A stretch of DNA of 64,000 bases from an uncultured Verrucomicrobiae bacterium (GTDB taxonomy: Bacteria > Verrucomicrobiota > Verrucomicrobiia > Chthoniobacterales > Terrimicrobiaceae). How positions within the stretch are numbered: the first letter of the stretch is position 1; each line of letters starts with the position of its first letter. The position numbers were made by a program, and so were the translations under genes. The stretch covers positions 1 to 64,000 of the forward strand of contig CAVPOC010000001.1 in the NCBI GenBank assembly GCA_963706955.1, written 5' to 3'. The notes under the pieces are model-generated. The model searched no databases, was not told where the DNA came from, and saw only the letters and a list, made by a program, of their open reading frames with translations. Shown here in pieces: positions 37,892 through 50,877 of the stretch.

Positions 37892-39271
37892 ATGCCAAAG
37901 CAGGCTGAAGTTGCAGAGATCCTTTCGGGAATTTTTCCCGGAGACACAATCCTCACAACTCCTGAGGACCTGATCCCCTATTCCTTTGATGGCACGGCCG
38001 TGCTGCAGCAAATGCCGGCAGCGGTTGTCTTCGCGAAAAAGGTAGAGGAAGTCTCGCGTCTACTCGAGGCCGCCAATCGGCACGGGCTCATAATCGTGCC
38101 AAGAGGGTCCGGGACAGGACTCAGTGGAGGGAGTATCCCACTCGAGGAGAGCGTTGTCCTTTGCCTTTCGCGCATGGACAGCATCCTGGAGGTAGACCCG
38201 AGAAATCTGACGCTTCTCGCCGAGGCCGGCGCGACAACTCTGGACGTCGCGCTGGCGGCAGAGAGAGCCGGTTTGTTCTATCCGCCGGACCCTGGTTCCA
38301 TGAAGATTTCCACCATCGGTGGGAACGTTGCGGAAAACTCAGGCGGGCTGCGCGGGCTGAAGTATGGAGTGACCCGAGATTATGTGATGGGACTTGAGGT
38401 TGTCCTGCCTTCCGGAGAGGTGATTTTTACGGGCAACAAGTGCGTGAAGGATGTCGCCGGCTATTCGCTTCGCGATTTGTTTATTGGATCGGAAGGGACC
38501 CTGGGCGTAGTCACGAAAGTTTTGCTGAGCCTGATTCCGAAACCGGCTGCAGGCAAAACCCTGCTGGCGATATTTGATCGGATGGAGGATGCCGCCAATA
38601 CCGTCTCGGCGATTATTGCGGCAAAAATAATTCCTTGCACGCTGGAGTTTCTTGATCGTGTGACCATCAACTGCGTTGAGGACTACGCGGCCATCGGTTT
38701 GCCCCGAGAAGCTGCCGCCATCCTGCTGATGGAGACCGATGGTCATCCTGCTGCCGTCGAGGAGGAGGCGAGCCGGATGGCGGAGATAGCGCGCAACTTG
38801 CATGCCCGCGATGTGCGGGTGGCGCAAACTGCGGAGGAGGCGGCGCGGTTGGCCACCGCGCGTCGAGCAGCGTTCTCGTCGCTTGCACGCATCGCTCCAA
38901 CGACAATCCTCGAAGACGCCACGGTCCCGCGCAGCGAACTCGCTCAAATGGTCGAACACATCCAGCAGATCGCGGAGAAGTATCGTCTGAAGGTTGGGAC
39001 CTTTGGACACATGGGCGACGGCAACTTGCACCCCACTTTTTTGACGAATGAAAAGGATGCCGAAGAAATGCATCGCGTGGAGTTGGCGATGAAGGAGATC
39101 TTCGATCGCGCACTGGCGCTCGGGGGAACAATTACCGGGGAGCACGGTGTCGGTCTCGCCAAAAAACCATTTTTGAAAGGTGCCGTGGGCGAGTTGAACC
39201 TCGAGGTAATGAAACAGATCAAACGAGCCTTCGATCCCAACGGCGTCTTGAATCCGGGAAAGATTTTTTGA
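37892..39271 (+). CDS. glcD: Glycolate oxidase FAD subunit
   Basis: PRGSGTGLSGG, YPPDPGS, GLKYGVT, GSEGTLG, GHMGDGNLHP, GEHGVG, LNPGKIF. Confidence 0.9.
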   Translation: MPKQAEVAEILSGIFPGDTILTTPEDLIPYSFDGTAVLQQMPAAVVFAKKVEEVSRLLEAANRHGLIIVPRGSGTGLSGGSIPLEESVVLCLSRMDSILEVDPRNLTLLAEAGATTLDVALAAERAGLFYPPDPGSMKISTIGGNVAENSGGLRGLKYGVTRDYVMGLEVVLPSGEVIFTGNKCVKDVAGYSLRDLFIGSEGTLGVVTKVLLSLIPKPAAGKTLLAIFDRMEDAANTVSAIIAAKIIPCTLEFLDRVTINCVEDYAAIGLPREAAAILLMETDGHPAAVEEEASRMAEIARNLHARDVRVAQTAEEAARLATARRAAFSSLARIAPTTILEDATVPRSELAQMVEHIQQIAEKYRLKVGTFGHMGDGNLHPTFLTNEKDAEEMHRVELAMKEIFDRALALGGTITGEHGVGLAKKPFLKGAVGELNLEVMKQIKRAFDPNGVLNPGKIF

Positions 39272-39385
39272 TGAAGGCCAATACTAAGCAACTGCTCGCT
39301 AGAAACGTTCTCTGGGGAATTCCTGGCCAAGGAAAGCATTCGTCCGTCGGGAGCAGAGCGCGGGCGCACGGCAAGGAGGCTTCGA

Positions 39386-40720
39386 GTGTCCGTTAAGGAT
39401 CGAACCCAGGGCGAGAAAGGGCATAGTCCGCTGCGCGAGCTCGACTATGCGCTCCTGCAACAGTGCATCCATTGCGGAATGTGTCTGCCGACCTGTCCCA
39501 CATATGATGCCACCAAGATCGAGCGGAACAGCCCGCGCGGTCGAATCGCGCTGATGCGCGCGATCGCAGACCACCGGCTTGAACCGAGCAGAATCTTCGG
39601 GGAAGAGATGTATTTTTGTCTTGGCTGCCTGGCTTGCGAGACCGCCTGTCCGGCGGGGGTGAAATATGCCCAGCTTTTTGAGGCGGCACGCGAAGAGGCC
39701 GAGGAAGCTCGGGTGCTGGAGAATCCGAGACGTGACACAATTCGTTCGCTCATGCTGCGAGGCCTCTTTATGCACCCGCGATTGCTTAGATTTGCCGGCC
39801 GGCTCCTTTGGCTTTATCAGGCACTCGGCGCGCAGAAATTGCTTCGGGTTCTCGGACTGAACAGAATCCTTCCCTATCGCTTACGAGAACTGGAAAGGAT
39901 GACGCCGAGGGCCAAGGCAAGATTCTCGGGGCAGCTGATCAAGCCTATCGAGCGGCCGAAAGGGCCGATCGTTTATCGTGTGGCGGTGCTCACGGGTTGT
40001 GTCCAGGACATCGCTTTTTCGGACATCAACCGGGATACGGTTGATGTTCTCCTTGCCAATGGATGTGAGGTTTACACCCCGGGCGTTCAGCACTGTTGCG
40101 GTTCGTTGCACGCACACAATGGCGATATCGAGGCGGCGAAGAAACTTGCCCGCCGGCAACTCGACACGTTCGAACCGGAAAAGCTTGACGCCATCATCAC
40201 GAACGCGGCCGGTTGCGGCTCGCATCTCAAGAGTTATGGACTGCTTTTGGCCGGCGATCCGAAGTATTCGTCAAGGGCACGCGAATGGTCAGCGAAAGTT
40301 CGCGATATTCACGAGTGGCTTTGCGCGGTCGGGTTTCGAAAGCCGCGCGTCGGAAAATCGCCGATCGTGCCAAAGTCCGTCACTTACCACGAGGCTTGTC
40401 ATCTGTGCCACGGTCAAAAAATAACTCGACAGCCGCGGGAAATCCTCACTGCGATCCCTGGTCTCCAATTGATCGAACTTCCTGAGTCGATGTGGTGTTG
40501 TGGCAGCGCGGGCGTTTACAATATCACGCAACCAGAGATGGCCGCAAAACTTCAGGAACGCAAAGTGCGTCACATCGCCGAGACTGGCGCCTCGACGGTG
40601 GCCACAGCCAATCCGGGTTGCTTGTTGCAGCTCGAGAGCGGATTGCGCAAGTTCTCTCACAAGGTGGCGGTGCGGCATCCGATCAGTCTCCTCGCGGAGG
40701 CGTATCGATCGGAAGTTTAG
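39386..40720 (+). CDS. glcF: Glycolate oxidase Fe-S subunit
   Basis: CIHCGMCLPTCP, CLGCLACETACP, two CCG domains. Confidence 0.9.
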   Translation: MSVKDRTQGEKGHSPLRELDYALLQQCIHCGMCLPTCPTYDATKIERNSPRGRIALMRAIADHRLEPSRIFGEEMYFCLGCLACETACPAGVKYAQLFEAAREEAEEARVLENPRRDTIRSLMLRGLFMHPRLLRFAGRLLWLYQALGAQKLLRVLGLNRILPYRLRELERMTPRAKARFSGQLIKPIERPKGPIVYRVAVLTGCVQDIAFSDINRDTVDVLLANGCEVYTPGVQHCCGSLHAHNGDIEAAKKLARRQLDTFEPEKLDAIITNAAGCGSHLKSYGLLLAGDPKYSSRAREWSAKVRDIHEWLCAVGFRKPRVGKSPIVPKSVTYHEACHLCHGQKITRQPREILTAIPGLQLIELPESMWCCGSAGVYNITQPEMAAKLQERKVRHIAETGASTVATANPGCLLQLESGLRKFSHKVAVRHPISLLAEAYRSEV

Positions 40721-40725
40721 CCGAC

Positions 40726-42156
40726 ATGTTCACTCAGATTCTCGTCGCCATCGGCCTTGTTGTCGCGCTGCTTTCCCACACGGCGGGCATCTACTTTGCC
40801 ATCCAGGCGGTGATGATTTCACGAACGCCGCAGGCGGCCATCGGATGGGGTTTCGCGCTGGTCATCTGCCCATATGTGGCCATCCCCCTGTTTCTCATCT
40901 TTGGTGAATCGCGATTTTCCGGATACACGCTCGCCGGGCAAGACCGGCACGAGGAACTGGATGCCGCGCTACGCCAAGCCCAGCGTGCTCTCACGCCGTT
41001 CAGGACTTCATTCCTGACTAAGTATTCCGACGCGGAGCAACTTGGTATCAGCCTTCGCGGTCTTCCGCCAAGCAGGGGAAACGCATGCAAGCTGCTGATC
41101 GACGGGAAAGAGACCTTTCGGACGATCTTTCAAGCCATCGAGGGTGCGCGAAGCTATGTGATCGTACAGTTCTATGTCATTCATGATGACAGCCTCGGCC
41201 GAGAACTTCGGGAGAGACTGATCGAGGCATCGCGTCGCGGCGTGCGGTGTTGGCTGCTTTATGACAACGTTGGCTCGAAAGGGCTGACCGGCTCTTACTT
41301 CCAGGAACTGCGGGACGCCGGGGTGGCTGTTCAAGGCTTCGTCACCAATCGGCAGTTCGGCCGACAATTTCAGATCAACTTTCGTAATCATCGCAAATTG
41401 GTGGTCGTCGATGGCAAAGTGGCCTTCTTTGGAGGATTGAACGCCGGTGACGAGTACCTTGGCCTCGGCGTGCTCGGATCCTGGCGCGATACACACCTCC
41501 AACTCGAAGGCCCCGCCGTCATGGGACTTCAAGTATCTTTTCTAGAGGATTGGTACTATGCCCGCAAGGAAGTCCCTGACATTCCTTTCGAGCCGCGCGT
41601 CGCCGGAGATCAAACGGTCCTGGCATTTGCGTCTGGGCCGACGGAGAACTGGAATTCCACCGCGGCAATTTATGCGGAGATTATTCACGACGTCCGCGAG
41701 AGACTCTGGATTGCGAGTCCGTATTTTGTGCCCGATCCGATGCTGCGAACAGCGATTGGGCATGCCGCGATCCGAGGAGTTGACGTTAGAATCCTGCTTC
41801 CTCAAAAACCAGATCATCTGTTGCCGTTTTTATCCTCCTACACCTTTTATCCATTGATGCACGAAGCGGGAGTCAAGATCTGGCGATATCAACGGGGATT
41901 CATGCACCAAAAGGTTCTTCTCGCCGACGATGACCTCGCCATCGTTGGCTCGGTGAACCTTGATTTTCGTTCCTTCATGCTGAACTTCGAACTCTCAGCC
42001 GTTGTTCAGGACATCGGATTCGCCAAGTCGGTGGAGAAAATGCTCGAAAAAGACTTCGCACGCAGCGAAGCCGAAAATCTTCAGAGGTTCGACAAGGGGA
42101 AATATTTTTTTCGCCTCAAATGTCGGTTGGCAGCGCTGATCAGTCCGGAGCAATAG
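40726..42156 (+). CDS. cls: Cardiolipin synthase
   Basis: Two HKD motifs (NHRKLVVVDG, HQKVLLADD), N-terminal TMs. Confidence 0.92.
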   Translation: MFTQILVAIGLVVALLSHTAGIYFAIQAVMISRTPQAAIGWGFALVICPYVAIPLFLIFGESRFSGYTLAGQDRHEELDAALRQAQRALTPFRTSFLTKYSDAEQLGISLRGLPPSRGNACKLLIDGKETFRTIFQAIEGARSYVIVQFYVIHDDSLGRELRERLIEASRRGVRCWLLYDNVGSKGLTGSYFQELRDAGVAVQGFVTNRQFGRQFQINFRNHRKLVVVDGKVAFFGGLNAGDEYLGLGVLGSWRDTHLQLEGPAVMGLQVSFLEDWYYARKEVPDIPFEPRVAGDQTVLAFASGPTENWNSTAAIYAEIIHDVRERLWIASPYFVPDPMLRTAIGHAAIRGVDVRILLPQKPDHLLPFLSSYTFYPLMHEAGVKIWRYQRGFMHQKVLLADDDLAIVGSVNLDFRSFMLNFELSAVVQDIGFAKSVEKMLEKDFARSEAENLQRFDKGKYFFRLKCRLAALISPEQ

Positions 42157-42211
42157 GCCCGAAAGCGTCAGGCCAGCTGCTTGAGAATTTGAATTTCGAA
42201 CTCGATCAGGA

Positions 42212-43198
42212 TCACTGCCCCCGCGTGCGCAATTTGTCGAGCAACACTGCCAGGATGATCACCGCGCCCTTGACCACCAATTGCCAGTAGAAGGACACGT
42301 TCATCAGCGTCAGGCCGTTGTTGAGAACGGCAACGATCAGAGCTCCGATTAGCGTTCCGAATACCGTTCCAATACCGCCGGAAAAGCTGGTGCCGCCGAG
42401 AATCACCGCAGCGATCGCGTCCAATTCGTAGCCTTCGCCCAAACGTCCCTGTGCGCTGTAAAGCCGGCTTGCTGTCATGACTCCGCCCAAACCGGCAAGA
42501 AATCCGCTGATTCCATAAACGACGATCAAAATCGTGCCGACTGGAATGCCTGTGAGACGTGCGGCGAGCGGATTGCCCCCTACGGCGTAAACGTGAACGC
42601 CGAATACGGTCCGATGGAGCACAAATGCGCTGATTAAGATGACTGCCAGGGCTATCACCACCAGCCAGGGAATCGGACCGAGGTAGCTGTTGCCGATCCA
42701 CGCGAAGTTAATGTCGTTGTTAATAAGTGTTGTTCCTCCCGCGAACAAATATGCTGCCCCACGAAGGGCCGTGTAGCTTCCGAGCGTAACGATGAACGGC
42801 GGCAAACCAAAATAATGGACGATTGCCCCTGTCATTACGCCTACGATCGTTCCGCTCAAAAGGGCAACGGGCACCGCGGCCCAGCTCAACGACGGATTGA
42901 GAGAAAACACGAGCGAGAGCACGGCGGTCATCCCAAGAACCGAACCGACAGCGAGATCGATGCCGCCCGTGAGAATAACGAACGTCATCCCAGCGGCGAG
43001 GACGATGTTGATCGAAGCCTGCCGGACTACGTTGATCAGGTTGTTGGTCGAAAGAAAACTCTCGGTGAGAAAGGCAAAAAGGATGCAGATGACGATGAGC
43101 ACCGGCAGCATTCCTGCAACCTGCATGATGCTGCGCATGACTTCTTTTCGCGCCACAGTGTTAACGGTATCCTGAGTAGATGAGGGGGGACTGGCCAT
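42212..43198 (-). CDS. Monosaccharide ABC transporter permease (RbsC-like)
   Basis: GMTFVILTGGIDL, YAVGGN..AA.L.GI, YELDAIAAVILGG. Confidence 0.92.
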   Translation of the reverse strand: MASPPSSTQDTVNTVARKEVMRSIMQVAGMLPVLIVICILFAFLTESFLSTNNLINVVRQASINIVLAAGMTFVILTGGIDLAVGSVLGMTAVLSLVFSLNPSLSWAAVPVALLSGTIVGVMTGAIVHYFGLPPFIVTLGSYTALRGAAYLFAGGTTLINNDINFAWIGNSYLGPIPWLVVIALAVILISAFVLHRTVFGVHVYAVGGNPLAARLTGIPVGTILIVVYGISGFLAGLGGVMTASRLYSAQGRLGEGYELDAIAAVILGGTSFSGGIGTVFGTLIGALIVAVLNNGLTLMNVSFYWQLVVKGAVIILAVLLDKLRTRGQ

Positions 43199-43222
43199 AG
43201 TTGAAGGGGTTTCTTGAGTCTC

Positions 43223-44755
43223 TTAGACTCCGGTCGCCAATTTCATTATGTTTTGCTGAGTGACTTCGATTCCTGTATCGCCGCCTACCTCGCCCATGAC
43301 GACCCCTTCGCGCATTACGATAACGCGTTTGCAGACGCCAATGATTTCCGGCAATTCGCTTGAAATGAAAACCACCGCCATGCCCTTGGCGGCGAGTTGC
43401 TGAATTACCGCGTAAATTTCCGCCTTTGCTCCGATATCTACGCCCCGGGTGGGCTCGTCGAGGATAAGCACTTTGGGATTGATCTCCAGCCAACGCGCAA
43501 GAAGGAGCTTCTGCTGGTTGCCACCCGACAGCCCTCCGGCCCGAACCCACAGGGAGGCCGCGCGCAGACTAAGCGCCTTCGCCTGAACCCTGGAACGCTC
43601 GTTGATGTACTTGAAATCAATAATCCCCGCCTTCGCATTTCGGGAGAGGATGTTCATCGCGATGTTATCCCGGCAGGACATCTGCAAAAAAGCGCCCGCG
43701 AGTTTTCGGTCCTCGGGAACGTACCCGATGCCTTGCTGAACCGCATCGATCGGATGCTTGATGTCCACCAACTTCCCCTCGAGATGGACCTCGCCGCTCT
43801 CCTTAGGATCTGCGCCAAAAATCAACCGAGCTAGCTCCGTACGTCCCGCGCCGACTAATCCCGCCAACCCCAAGACTTCTCCCGCACGAAGCTCGAAGCC
43901 CGCCTTTTTCACATGCTCCTTGTCGGACATGTTTCGCACCCGCAGAACGACGTCGCCGTGCGCAGCCGTTTTTTCCGGGTAGAGTTCCTCGAGCTTTCTG
44001 CCGACCATCATTTCTATAATCCGGTCTGAGGTGAATTCCGGTCGCGTGAGTTCACCAACGTACTCTCCGTCCCGAAAGACAGAGAGACGGTCTCCCAATT
44101 CATAGATCTCGGCCATTCGATGGCTGATGTAGATGATCGCCAGGCCTTCTGACCGCAACTGCCGAACGACGTCAAAGAGGCGATCCGTTTCGCGGTCGGA
44201 CAACGCCGTCGTTGGCTCGTCCATGACCAGGATCCGGCTCTTGTAGAAAAGTGCCCGCGCGATCTCCACTTGCTGCTGCTCAGCGATCGAAAGATGGGCG
44301 GCGCGCTGAGCGGCTTTGAACCTGGCTCCCAGCCGATCAAGCACCTGTTGTGTCTCTCGCACCATCGCGGCGGTGTCTGTGAGAAAGCCGAGATGTCGCT
44401 TCTCCGAGCCGAGGAAGACGTTTCCCGCGACCGTCAGATTCGGCGCGATAGTGAGTTCCTGGTAGATGATTCCGATGCCAGCCGCCCGGGCCTGATGCGG
44501 CGAATGGAAATGCACAGGCTTTCCATCTATGGCGATCTCGCCACCGTCCGGGGGTTGCGCTCCCGCGAGGATTTTCATCAGGGTGCTCTTACCCGCACCG
44601 TTCTCACCAACTAGCGCGTGGACCTCCCCTGGCCATATCGTGAGATCCACGCCTTTCAGCGCACGAACGCCGGGGAAGCTTTTCGTTACCCCGCGTACCG
44701 TGAGGATCGGCTGTCCAGGTGGGCTACTTGGTCCAGCCTTGGTACTCGTTGACAT
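43223..44755 (-). CDS. Monosaccharide ABC transporter ATP-binding protein (RbsA-like; start uncertain)
   Basis: [29 protein letters not shown]. Confidence 0.92.
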   Translation of the reverse strand: MSTSTKAGPSSPPGQPILTVRGVTKSFPGVRALKGVDLTIWPGEVHALVGENGAGKSTLMKILAGAQPPDGGEIAIDGKPVHFHSPHQARAAGIGIIYQELTIAPNLTVAGNVFLGSEKRHLGFLTDTAAMVRETQQVLDRLGARFKAAQRAAHLSIAEQQQVEIARALFYKSRILVMDEPTTALSDRETDRLFDVVRQLRSEGLAIIYISHRMAEIYELGDRLSVFRDGEYVGELTRPEFTSDRIIEMMVGRKLEELYPEKTAAHGDVVLRVRNMSDKEHVKKAGFELRAGEVLGLAGLVGAGRTELARLIFGADPKESGEVHLEGKLVDIKHPIDAVQQGIGYVPEDRKLAGAFLQMSCRDNIAMNILSRNAKAGIIDFKYINERSRVQAKALSLRAASLWVRAGGLSGGNQQKLLLARWLEINPKVLILDEPTRGVDIGAKAEIYAVIQQLAAKGMAVVFISSELPEIIGVCKRVIVMREGVVMGEVGGDTGIEVTQQNIMKLATGV

Positions 44756-45674
44756 TATCGCGAGTAATGAGCTTGGTTGGGATGAGGATTACCTTTTCGG
44801 CAGGCGACTTGCCCCCCAAGACCTCTGCTCCAACTTCGACCGCCTTTTCGGCCATGGCAAAGGGGTCCTGGGCGGGAGTAGCTTCAAACAAGCTGCCCTT
44901 TTGCTTAAGTGCTGCAACCGCATCGGGAGAGCCGTCTACGCCCACGATGAAGAATTCATTGCGATTCGCTTGCTTAGCCGCAAGATCGCAGCCGATCCCT
45001 GTCGGATCATTGATAGCAAATACCGCGTCAATCTTCGGATTTGCGGTCAGAAGATCGGTCATCACTCGCAAACCCCCATCCCGGCTGCCCCCGGCATTCT
45101 GATCTTGAGAAAGAATCTTGATGTCGGGATTCTTGCTGAAAACGTCCATGGCCCCCGCAACGCGGTCCTGGACGGCTGTAACAGGGGGTCCATTAACAAT
45201 AACGATCTGTCCCTTACCTTTGAGCTTGTCCACGATGTACTGAGCGGCTTGCTGACCGGCCTGGCGGTTGTTCGATGTGACCGTGGCATCAACTCCTCCC
45301 TCTGCGCCGACGTCCACGGCGATGACGACCATTCCGGCGCCCTTAGCTCTCTTCACCGCCGGCGCGATCCCTTTGCTGTCCGCGGCATTGAGCAAGAGTA
45401 GGGTGGTCGCTGAGGAAATCAAATTATCAACGTCATTGGTTTGTTTGTTGACGTCGTAGTTGCTCGAAAGCGACCCGAACTTGACCTTGGGATTAATTTC
45501 CTTCGCTTTTGCCTCGGCGCCGTGGGCGATCTGAACGAAGAAGGGATTTCCGAGGTCGCCGACGGTAACGGCTACGGACTTAAGCTCTTTCTCGGCGGCC
45601 TGCAGTTGCCCGACGAGGAGGGCGGCTCCAAGCGCAAAGCAAAGTGGTTTTCTAAGAATATGAGGGATTTTCAT
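44724..45674 (-). CDS. Monosaccharide ABC transporter substrate-binding protein (RbsB-like)
   Basis: Signal peptide, LGNPFF, FAIND, GVDG, AQDP. Confidence 0.9.
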   Translation of the reverse strand: MKIPHILRKPLCFALGAALLVGQLQAAEKELKSVAVTVGDLGNPFFVQIAHGAEAKAKEINPKVKFGSLSSNYDVNKQTNDVDNLISSATTLLLLNAADSKGIAPAVKRAKGAGMVVIAVDVGAEGGVDATVTSNNRQAGQQAAQYIVDKLKGKGQIVIVNGPPVTAVQDRVAGAMDVFSKNPDIKILSQDQNAGGSRDGGLRVMTDLLTANPKIDAVFAINDPTGIGCDLAAKQANRNEFFIVGVDGSPDAVAALKQKGSLFEATPAQDPFAMAEKAVEVGAEVLGGKSPAEKVILIPTKLITRDNVNEYQGWTK

Positions 45675-45910
45675 GGGAGCGTTTTTAGTTGTTCTGGTTT
45701 ATCGACGATTGGGAGATGGCGATGGTAGATCGGACTTGAAAGGGGCTGGCGAGCGTCCGAGGCAGGCAGAATGGGCCCTTAGCTGTTTTGGGTCAACGCA
45801 AAACTGGTTATGAACTCTTAAAACGGAGTAGAGTCGCGCAGCGCTCCTACGAGCTCGTTGCCAGGCTTGCTCACGCTCAACGCGTTTGAGCGATCAGCCA
45901 ACTGCTTTGA

Positions 45911-47057
45911 TCAGGCGTCGTCCGCTTCGTCCTGGGCGCCTTTCTTGTAGGTGAGCCCTCGCAGTTTGCCCTCGATAAAGGCGTTGATCTCGCCATCCAT
46001 GACCCCTTGGATGTCGCTGGTCTGCACGCCGGTGCGAAGGTCTTTGACCATTTGGTACGGCTGGAAGACGTAGGAGCGGATTTGATTGCCCCAAGCGATG
46101 TCTCCCTTCTCGCCGTATTGGCGTTCAGCCTCGGCACGCTTTCGGTCTGCTTCGATTTGATAGAGTTTGGCTTTGAGCATCTTCATCGCCACGTCGCGGT
46201 TCCGGCCCTGGCTTCGCTCGGCCTGACAGGCCACGACGATACCGCTTGGAAGATGGGTGATCCGCACGGCAGTCTCGACCTTGTTAACATTCTGCCCGCC
46301 TTTGCCGCCCGAGCGAAAAGTATCAACCTTCAGATCGGCTTCGTTGATCTCGATCGGCGCATCTTCAATTTCAGGAACAACGTCAACGCTGGCGAATGAA
46401 GTGTGGCGACGCTTGTTGGAATCAAATGGTGAAATCCGCACCAGGCGATGGACGCCGATTTCGTTTCCTAAATAGCCGTAGACGTGATCTCCCGAGACCC
46501 GCAGGGTGGCCGATTTGATACCCGCCTCGTCGCCGACCTGGATGTCGACGGTCTCCGAGCGAAGACCGTTTCGCTCAATCCAGCGCGAATACATTCGCAG
46601 AAGCATCTCTGCCCAGTCGCAGGATTCCGTGCCGCCGGCGCCGGCATGAATCGTTAGAAAGGCCGGGTTCTTGTCGAACTCACCCGAGAGGAATTGCTGC
46701 AGTTCAAATTTTTCCAGGTCACGCAAGAGCGCTTCATGTTCTGAGATAACCTCCGCAATGATGGAAGCGTGCTGGTCGGGAGACTCCTCGGCGGCAAGTT
46801 CTTTGAGAACGGCGAGATCGGCGGCGCGGGATTCCAGCGTCTGGAAGGGTTGAATCTTGGAACGCAGCTCGGAGACGAGCTGCACATCGCTTTGCGCGTT
46901 CTCCCTATTGTTCCAAAAATCTGGCGAGGCCATCCGCGCCTCGACATCCGCCAGGCGACGGCTCAGAGCGGGAAGGTCAAAGGAACCTCCGCAACTCGGC
47001 GAGGCGCGCAGAGATGGCGGAGGTGTCGACAGTTTCGAGTTGTTCAATCATTGCCAT
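45911..47057 (-). CDS. prfB: Peptide chain release factor 2 with programmed +1 frameshift
   Basis: SPF and GGQ motifs; short first ORF MAMIEQ...LRRFL ends at CTT-TGA-C. Confidence 0.96.
46976..46990 (-). promoter_or_regulatory. prfB +1 frameshift site (internal SD GGAGG + CTT TGA C)
   Basis: Minus strand reads GGAGGTTCCTTTGAC. Confidence 0.92.
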
Positions 47058-47106
47058 TGGAGAAATAGAGGCCGCGCCGAGTAGGCGGTGAGGCCAACGG
47101 GAGTTT

Positions 47107-47457
47107 TTAGGGTTTGGAGACCGGAGTGATCGCCTTGGAAGGATCGAGGCGAAAGATCGTCTCGCCCTCTTTCATCATGTCGAGTTTATCGCGAGCGATG
47201 GTTTCAATATATTCCTTGTCGTTCTCGAGCAGGTAAACCTCCCGTTCCCGATGCTTCCGCAGATTCTGCTCGACCAGAAGCTGCTCGCGCTCCTGGAGGA
47301 GATTGCGGGCCATCTGGTCGCGTCGGACAAGCTCCGGATAAAACCACAGCATGAGGCTGGCGACGCCGCCCACGATGACGAGCGTCAAAAGCACGCGGTT
47401 GAGCGCATTCCAGAAGGAAGGATCGCTCGTGCGCCGCGCCTCCGCCAGTGTCCTCAT
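47107..47457 (-). CDS. Septum formation initiator (FtsB/DivIC family)
   Basis: TM + coiled coil + YIETIARDKLDMMKEGE; directly downstream of eno. Confidence 0.85.
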   Translation of the reverse strand: MRTLAEARRTSDPSFWNALNRVLLTLVIVGGVASLMLWFYPELVRRDQMARNLLQEREQLLVEQNLRKHREREVYLLENDKEYIETIARDKLDMMKEGETIFRLDPSKAITPVSKP

Positions 47458-47549
47458 CCGTCCATATTAGCACGCCCGGCTTCGAGGGCACGGAATTATT
47501 TAGCTTAGCGCGGGAGGCAAAAACTAATTCGGCCGAAGCTTTTCCGCAT

Positions 47550-48845
<1,296 letters not shown>

Positions 48846-48915
48846 TTAGAGGTGGTGAGTTCCAGAAACGCTTTCGCGCGTCCGGTTGCAAGCAGATTTC
48901 TTGAGGGGAGGCCGT

Positions 48916-50790
48916 TCAGGCTGGGGCCGGTTCCGAAAGCGGGTGAACTTTCTCGCGGAGATCGTCCAAGCTCGTGAAAGGCTCGATGCGGACGATGGTG
49001 ACGCTGCGAGTTCCTGATTCGGTGGGCAACTCTGCGCTCTCGCCGACCCCTTTGCCCAGGAGCGCCTGTCCGATGACAGCTTTGTAGGAGATGATTCCCA
49101 ATGCTGGCGCGCTGTCCCAGGCACCGAGGATGCAGTAGGTTTCCTCAGCGCCGGCCATGTCGCGCAGCGTGACGACGGTGCCGATGGAGACTTGTGAGGT
49201 ATCCGGATTCTCGAAGTTCGTTCCGCGCGCCCGGGAGAGGTCGCGCTCGGCTTCCGAGCGGCGGCGCATCAGCACGCGCTGTTGTTCTTTGGCTGATTTG
49301 AATTCAAAGTTCTCGCGCAGATCCCCATAGGATCGCGCCGTGGCAATATCCTTGGTGTTTTGAGGGATCTGTCGGTTGACAAGGTCCTCATACTCCTCTT
49401 TGCGCTTCTCCAGGCTGGCCCAGGAAACGGTCACGGTCTCCTCTCTTTCACCCGCCTGGCCCGTGATCATTGCTTGCATTTCTGGATAGAGTTTGACGAT
49501 GCGAGCAAGCAGAGACCGCTTGTTGAGGTCATCAAATACCGGAGTTAACAGGAGGCGCCGCATGGCATCGCGCACTCCATCGGGTTCCGCGGACTCCAGG
49601 AGATCGCCAACGAGCGTGCGATCTTCGAGGAGCAGATCATGGAGGCGGGCGCCTCGTTTTTCGGCCAGTTGATCGCGCTCCAGAGCACTCAGAACCGCCC
49701 CGAAAAGATCGGCCCCGAAAAGTTCAGGAAAGGGGCCGCCGCGCTCCTTGCAAAGCCAAACGAGGATTTCCGAGGACGCCGAGCGTTCGCTGATCCACCG
49801 AGCCAGCGCGGCGCGGAATTCTTCGGCACGTCCTTCTCTCTCGACGAGACGCACTATCTCGACAACGAGACGCGAGGACACGTTCTGCATAAGACGGAAA
49901 ATCACATCCAACCAATTTTCAGAAAATGCTTTGGGGATCTCCTCGATGCAGCGCCGCTGCTTGGCTGCGGGAAGTGCGTTGAGCAACTCAGGCAAGCGGG
50001 CTTGCTCGGCTCGCAAGATGTCAGCGACCTGCGGCGTGTCCTTTCCCGGCTTCAGGGCTTGGTGGCGTGCAAGGATCTCATCTCGAGCGAGGAGGAGTTC
50101 CACCGCCTGCGCCGACTGCAATTTACGGCCCTTATGCGCGGCGTCCTCGATCTGAACGGCGAGCGATTGGAGCTCCTCGACTTCGTGGGCAAGGTCATCG
50201 AGTCCTCTGGTGATCTGATCGAGAGCGGCCACCTGATCCTTGAGGTGGCGGGCGCCGCGAAATCGTTCGATGAGCCCCTCGCCGGGTGTAGATCGCGTGG
50301 CCAGCAGAACGACGGGCTCCGTCTTCTTGCCAGGCAGTTGAAAGTGCCCGTCAGCCTTGAGTTTCTTCTTGGTGACCTCCCACCACTTCTTAAAGGCGGT
50401 GGCATCGAAGATTTCTGGCGCGAGCACGGCCGCAATTTGCTCCAGCGTGGCGCGTCCGCTGTGATCGCGCAGAATGTCGCGTAGCAAAGAAACCGGATCT
50501 TCCTGAGCCTGTTTTCGAACTCCAGCGCTATCGGCGAATTTGCGAGCAAGAATGTGCTCAGCCGGAATCGGCTGGAGAGTTTCTGCGGCGTATTGGACCT
50601 GCATGACATGGCCTTTCTTGGATTGAAAATCGATGACGATCTGACCGGTCAGCAAGCTCCACTCCGCTACTCGTCCGAAGCCCCAACTCTTGTGCAAGCA
50701 GCAGGCCCCGGGCTCGAGTTGCGAAAGGACCTCGGCGGCTTGGGGCGTAAGCTTTCCAGCATCGATGGCTTGTTGGAGTTCTTCGTTCAT
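48916..50790 (-). CDS. greA: GreA/GreB elongation factor with long N-terminal extension
   Basis: C-terminal ARSYGDLRENFEFKSAK, ILGAWDS; N-terminal HKSWGFG. Confidence 0.88.
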   Translation of the reverse strand: MNEELQQAIDAGKLTPQAAEVLSQLEPGACCLHKSWGFGRVAEWSLLTGQIVIDFQSKKGHVMQVQYAAETLQPIPAEHILARKFADSAGVRKQAQEDPVSLLRDILRDHSGRATLEQIAAVLAPEIFDATAFKKWWEVTKKKLKADGHFQLPGKKTEPVVLLATRSTPGEGLIERFRGARHLKDQVAALDQITRGLDDLAHEVEELQSLAVQIEDAAHKGRKLQSAQAVELLLARDEILARHQALKPGKDTPQVADILRAEQARLPELLNALPAAKQRRCIEEIPKAFSENWLDVIFRLMQNVSSRLVVEIVRLVEREGRAEEFRAALARWISERSASSEILVWLCKERGGPFPELFGADLFGAVLSALERDQLAEKRGARLHDLLLEDRTLVGDLLESAEPDGVRDAMRRLLLTPVFDDLNKRSLLARIVKLYPEMQAMITGQAGEREETVTVSWASLEKRKEEYEDLVNRQIPQNTKDIATARSYGDLRENFEFKSAKEQQRVLMRRRSEAERDLSRARGTNFENPDTSQVSIGTVVTLRDMAGAEETYCILGAWDSAPALGIISYKAVIGQALLGKGVGESAELPTESGTRSVTIVRIEPFTSLDDLREKVHPLSEPAPA

Positions 50791-50877
50791 GATCCTTGTT
50801 TTCGGCTGATTTTCCCCGCGCTGCAAGGGCCAAGACGGTTTGCGCATCCGAACCTAGGGTGATTAATTGCCTGCCTC

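Noticed and set aside
45828..45850. GTAG...CTAC mini-palindrome after prfB as a third REP copy
   Set aside because: Too short, and it does not share the 18-nt arm
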